From a virus (taxonomy: Duplodnaviria; Caudoviricetes): a stretch of DNA of 64,000 nt. A model generated the notes under the pieces. That model was not told where the DNA came from, did not search any database, and worked only from the letters and a program-made list of their open reading frames with translations. Shown here piece after piece: positions 63,170 to 64,000 of the stretch (positions are counted from its first letter, which is position 1; each line of letters starts with the position of its first letter). A program made the position numbers and the translations under genes. The stretch covers positions 1,694 to 65,693 of the IMG/VR virus record IMGVR_UViG_3300036770_000417, one strand, 5' to 3'.

Positions 63170-63408
63170 GTGTAACGATCCTGACTGTCGGCCTGTCCAC
63201 AGGTTGGCAGGGTTATGTTGGCGTGTATGCCGAGATGGATCACTGCCGTGACGTGCAGGCGCTGATCGCGCATGAGGAGCCCGGCGCGGTGACTGTGTGC
63301 GAGACGCATAGGCTGTATGAGCCAGTGCTGATTCCGCCGCCGAGGCCTGCTGGTTTACGCGCGGTTCGTGAGCCTGTTCTGATTCCGCCGATGAGGCCGA
63401 GCAAATGA
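63157..63408 (+). CDS. Hypothetical protein with duplicated EPVLIPPxRP tail
   Basis: GGAG SD; two Cys; internal duplication. Confidence 0.5.
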   Translation: MSILSVTILTVGLSTGWQGYVGVYAEMDHCRDVQALIAHEEPGAVTVCETHRLYEPVLIPPPRPAGLRAVREPVLIPPMRPSK

Positions 63409-63611
63409 CCGAGGAAGTGAAGGAAGGAACGATCCGCGCGGTCGAGTGGATGCTCGACTACGACGCTGGGCCGCTGATCTTGTCGAACAATTTCCGCTGG
63501 CGTCTTGAGCAGTATCTCGGAGGTCAGTGGGTCGAGATCCCTGCGTTCCATCTCGACCGGGATGGGAACCTGAGAGAAGGGCGGCTTTACCAGATGGAGG
63601 AGATACAATGA
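63405..63611 (+). CDS. Hypothetical protein
   Basis: ATGA overlap with the upstream stop. Confidence 0.5.
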   Translation: MTEEVKEGTIRAVEWMLDYDAGPLILSNNFRWRLEQYLGGQWVEIPAFHLDRDGNLREGRLYQMEEIQ

Positions 63612-63684
63612 CCGAGGCGCAAGTAGAGCGGGCCGTGATCGAGGCGTTCAAGGTGGTCTTTCGGAAGATGAGGGAGGGGAAGCT

Positions 63685-63996
63685 GTGAGCGACACCCACA
63701 TCAAGCTGCTGACCGAGCAGCTAGAAGCTGCCCGCTTGGATGCGAAGGAGGCGGAGGCTTATGCGCTATGGCTGGAGGGCAAGTTGCAGAAGACGGAGAA
63801 GGCGCTGGAAGGCTGCATGATCGGCGGCAACCATCTGGTAACTTGGCTGCCCGAGAACCACCTGCCTGCCGATACAGACCCGCTTGCCGCGCTTGTCAGG
63901 CATGGCGCTGGCGTATCACACGACATCTGGTGCTGCTGGCGGTCGATCATGCAGGCCCGCGCCACCCTCACAGAACTGAAGGGAGACAAGCCATGA
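63685..63996 (+). CDS. Hypothetical protein
   Basis: GAGGGG SD, GTG start; stop overlaps next ATG at 63993. Confidence 0.5.
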   Translation: MSDTHIKLLTEQLEAARLDAKEAEAYALWLEGKLQKTEKALEGCMIGGNHLVTWLPENHLPADTDPLAALVRHGAGVSHDIWCCWRSIMQARATLTELKGDKP

Positions 63997-64000
63997 CCGA

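Noticed and set aside
61953-63200. 415-aa - strand ORF
   Set aside because: Lies opposite a tightly coupled chain of + strand small genes with SD sites

Overview
The window is most of the genome of a GC-rich tailed dsDNA phage with a podovirus-like (short-tail) gene layout. It is probably circularly permuted, because DNA polymerase starts before base 1 and early genes run off the right end. Three blocks are visible. (1) About 1-10.7 kb, + strand, replication: family A DNA polymerase, PD-(D/E)XK nuclease, SNF2-like helicase, SSB-like protein and primase-helicase. (2) About 10.8-52.2 kb, - strand, morphogenesis and lysis: terminases, portal, GroES-like protein, scaffold, major capsid, tail proteins, S74 tail fibre, a sugar-modification cassette, endolysin/spanins and two giant (~2,350-2,400 aa) probable ejection proteins. 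(3) About 52.5-64 kb, + strand, early region: probable iteron origin, strong sigma70-like promoter, MoxR-AAA/VWA module and many small ORFs. I saw no integrase, RNA polymerase, tRNA or CRISPR array. The most unusual observations: (a) the helicase intein is continuous and in frame, yet its homing endonuclease is a separate Vsr/DUF559-like gene nested in the +1 frame inside it; (b) the polymerase is fractured by a naturally split intein with a 26-aa IntC and an overlapping HNH gene; (c) an acyl-carrier-protein gene is translationally coupled to a small possible acyltransferase and a 2,400-aa hydrophobic, repeat-rich virion protein, suggesting a phage protein-lipidation system; (d) 14 copies of a GTTAG-N7-9-CTAAC palindrome were found only in the early/replication arm. 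Product names come from motif recognition by eye; no database search was run.
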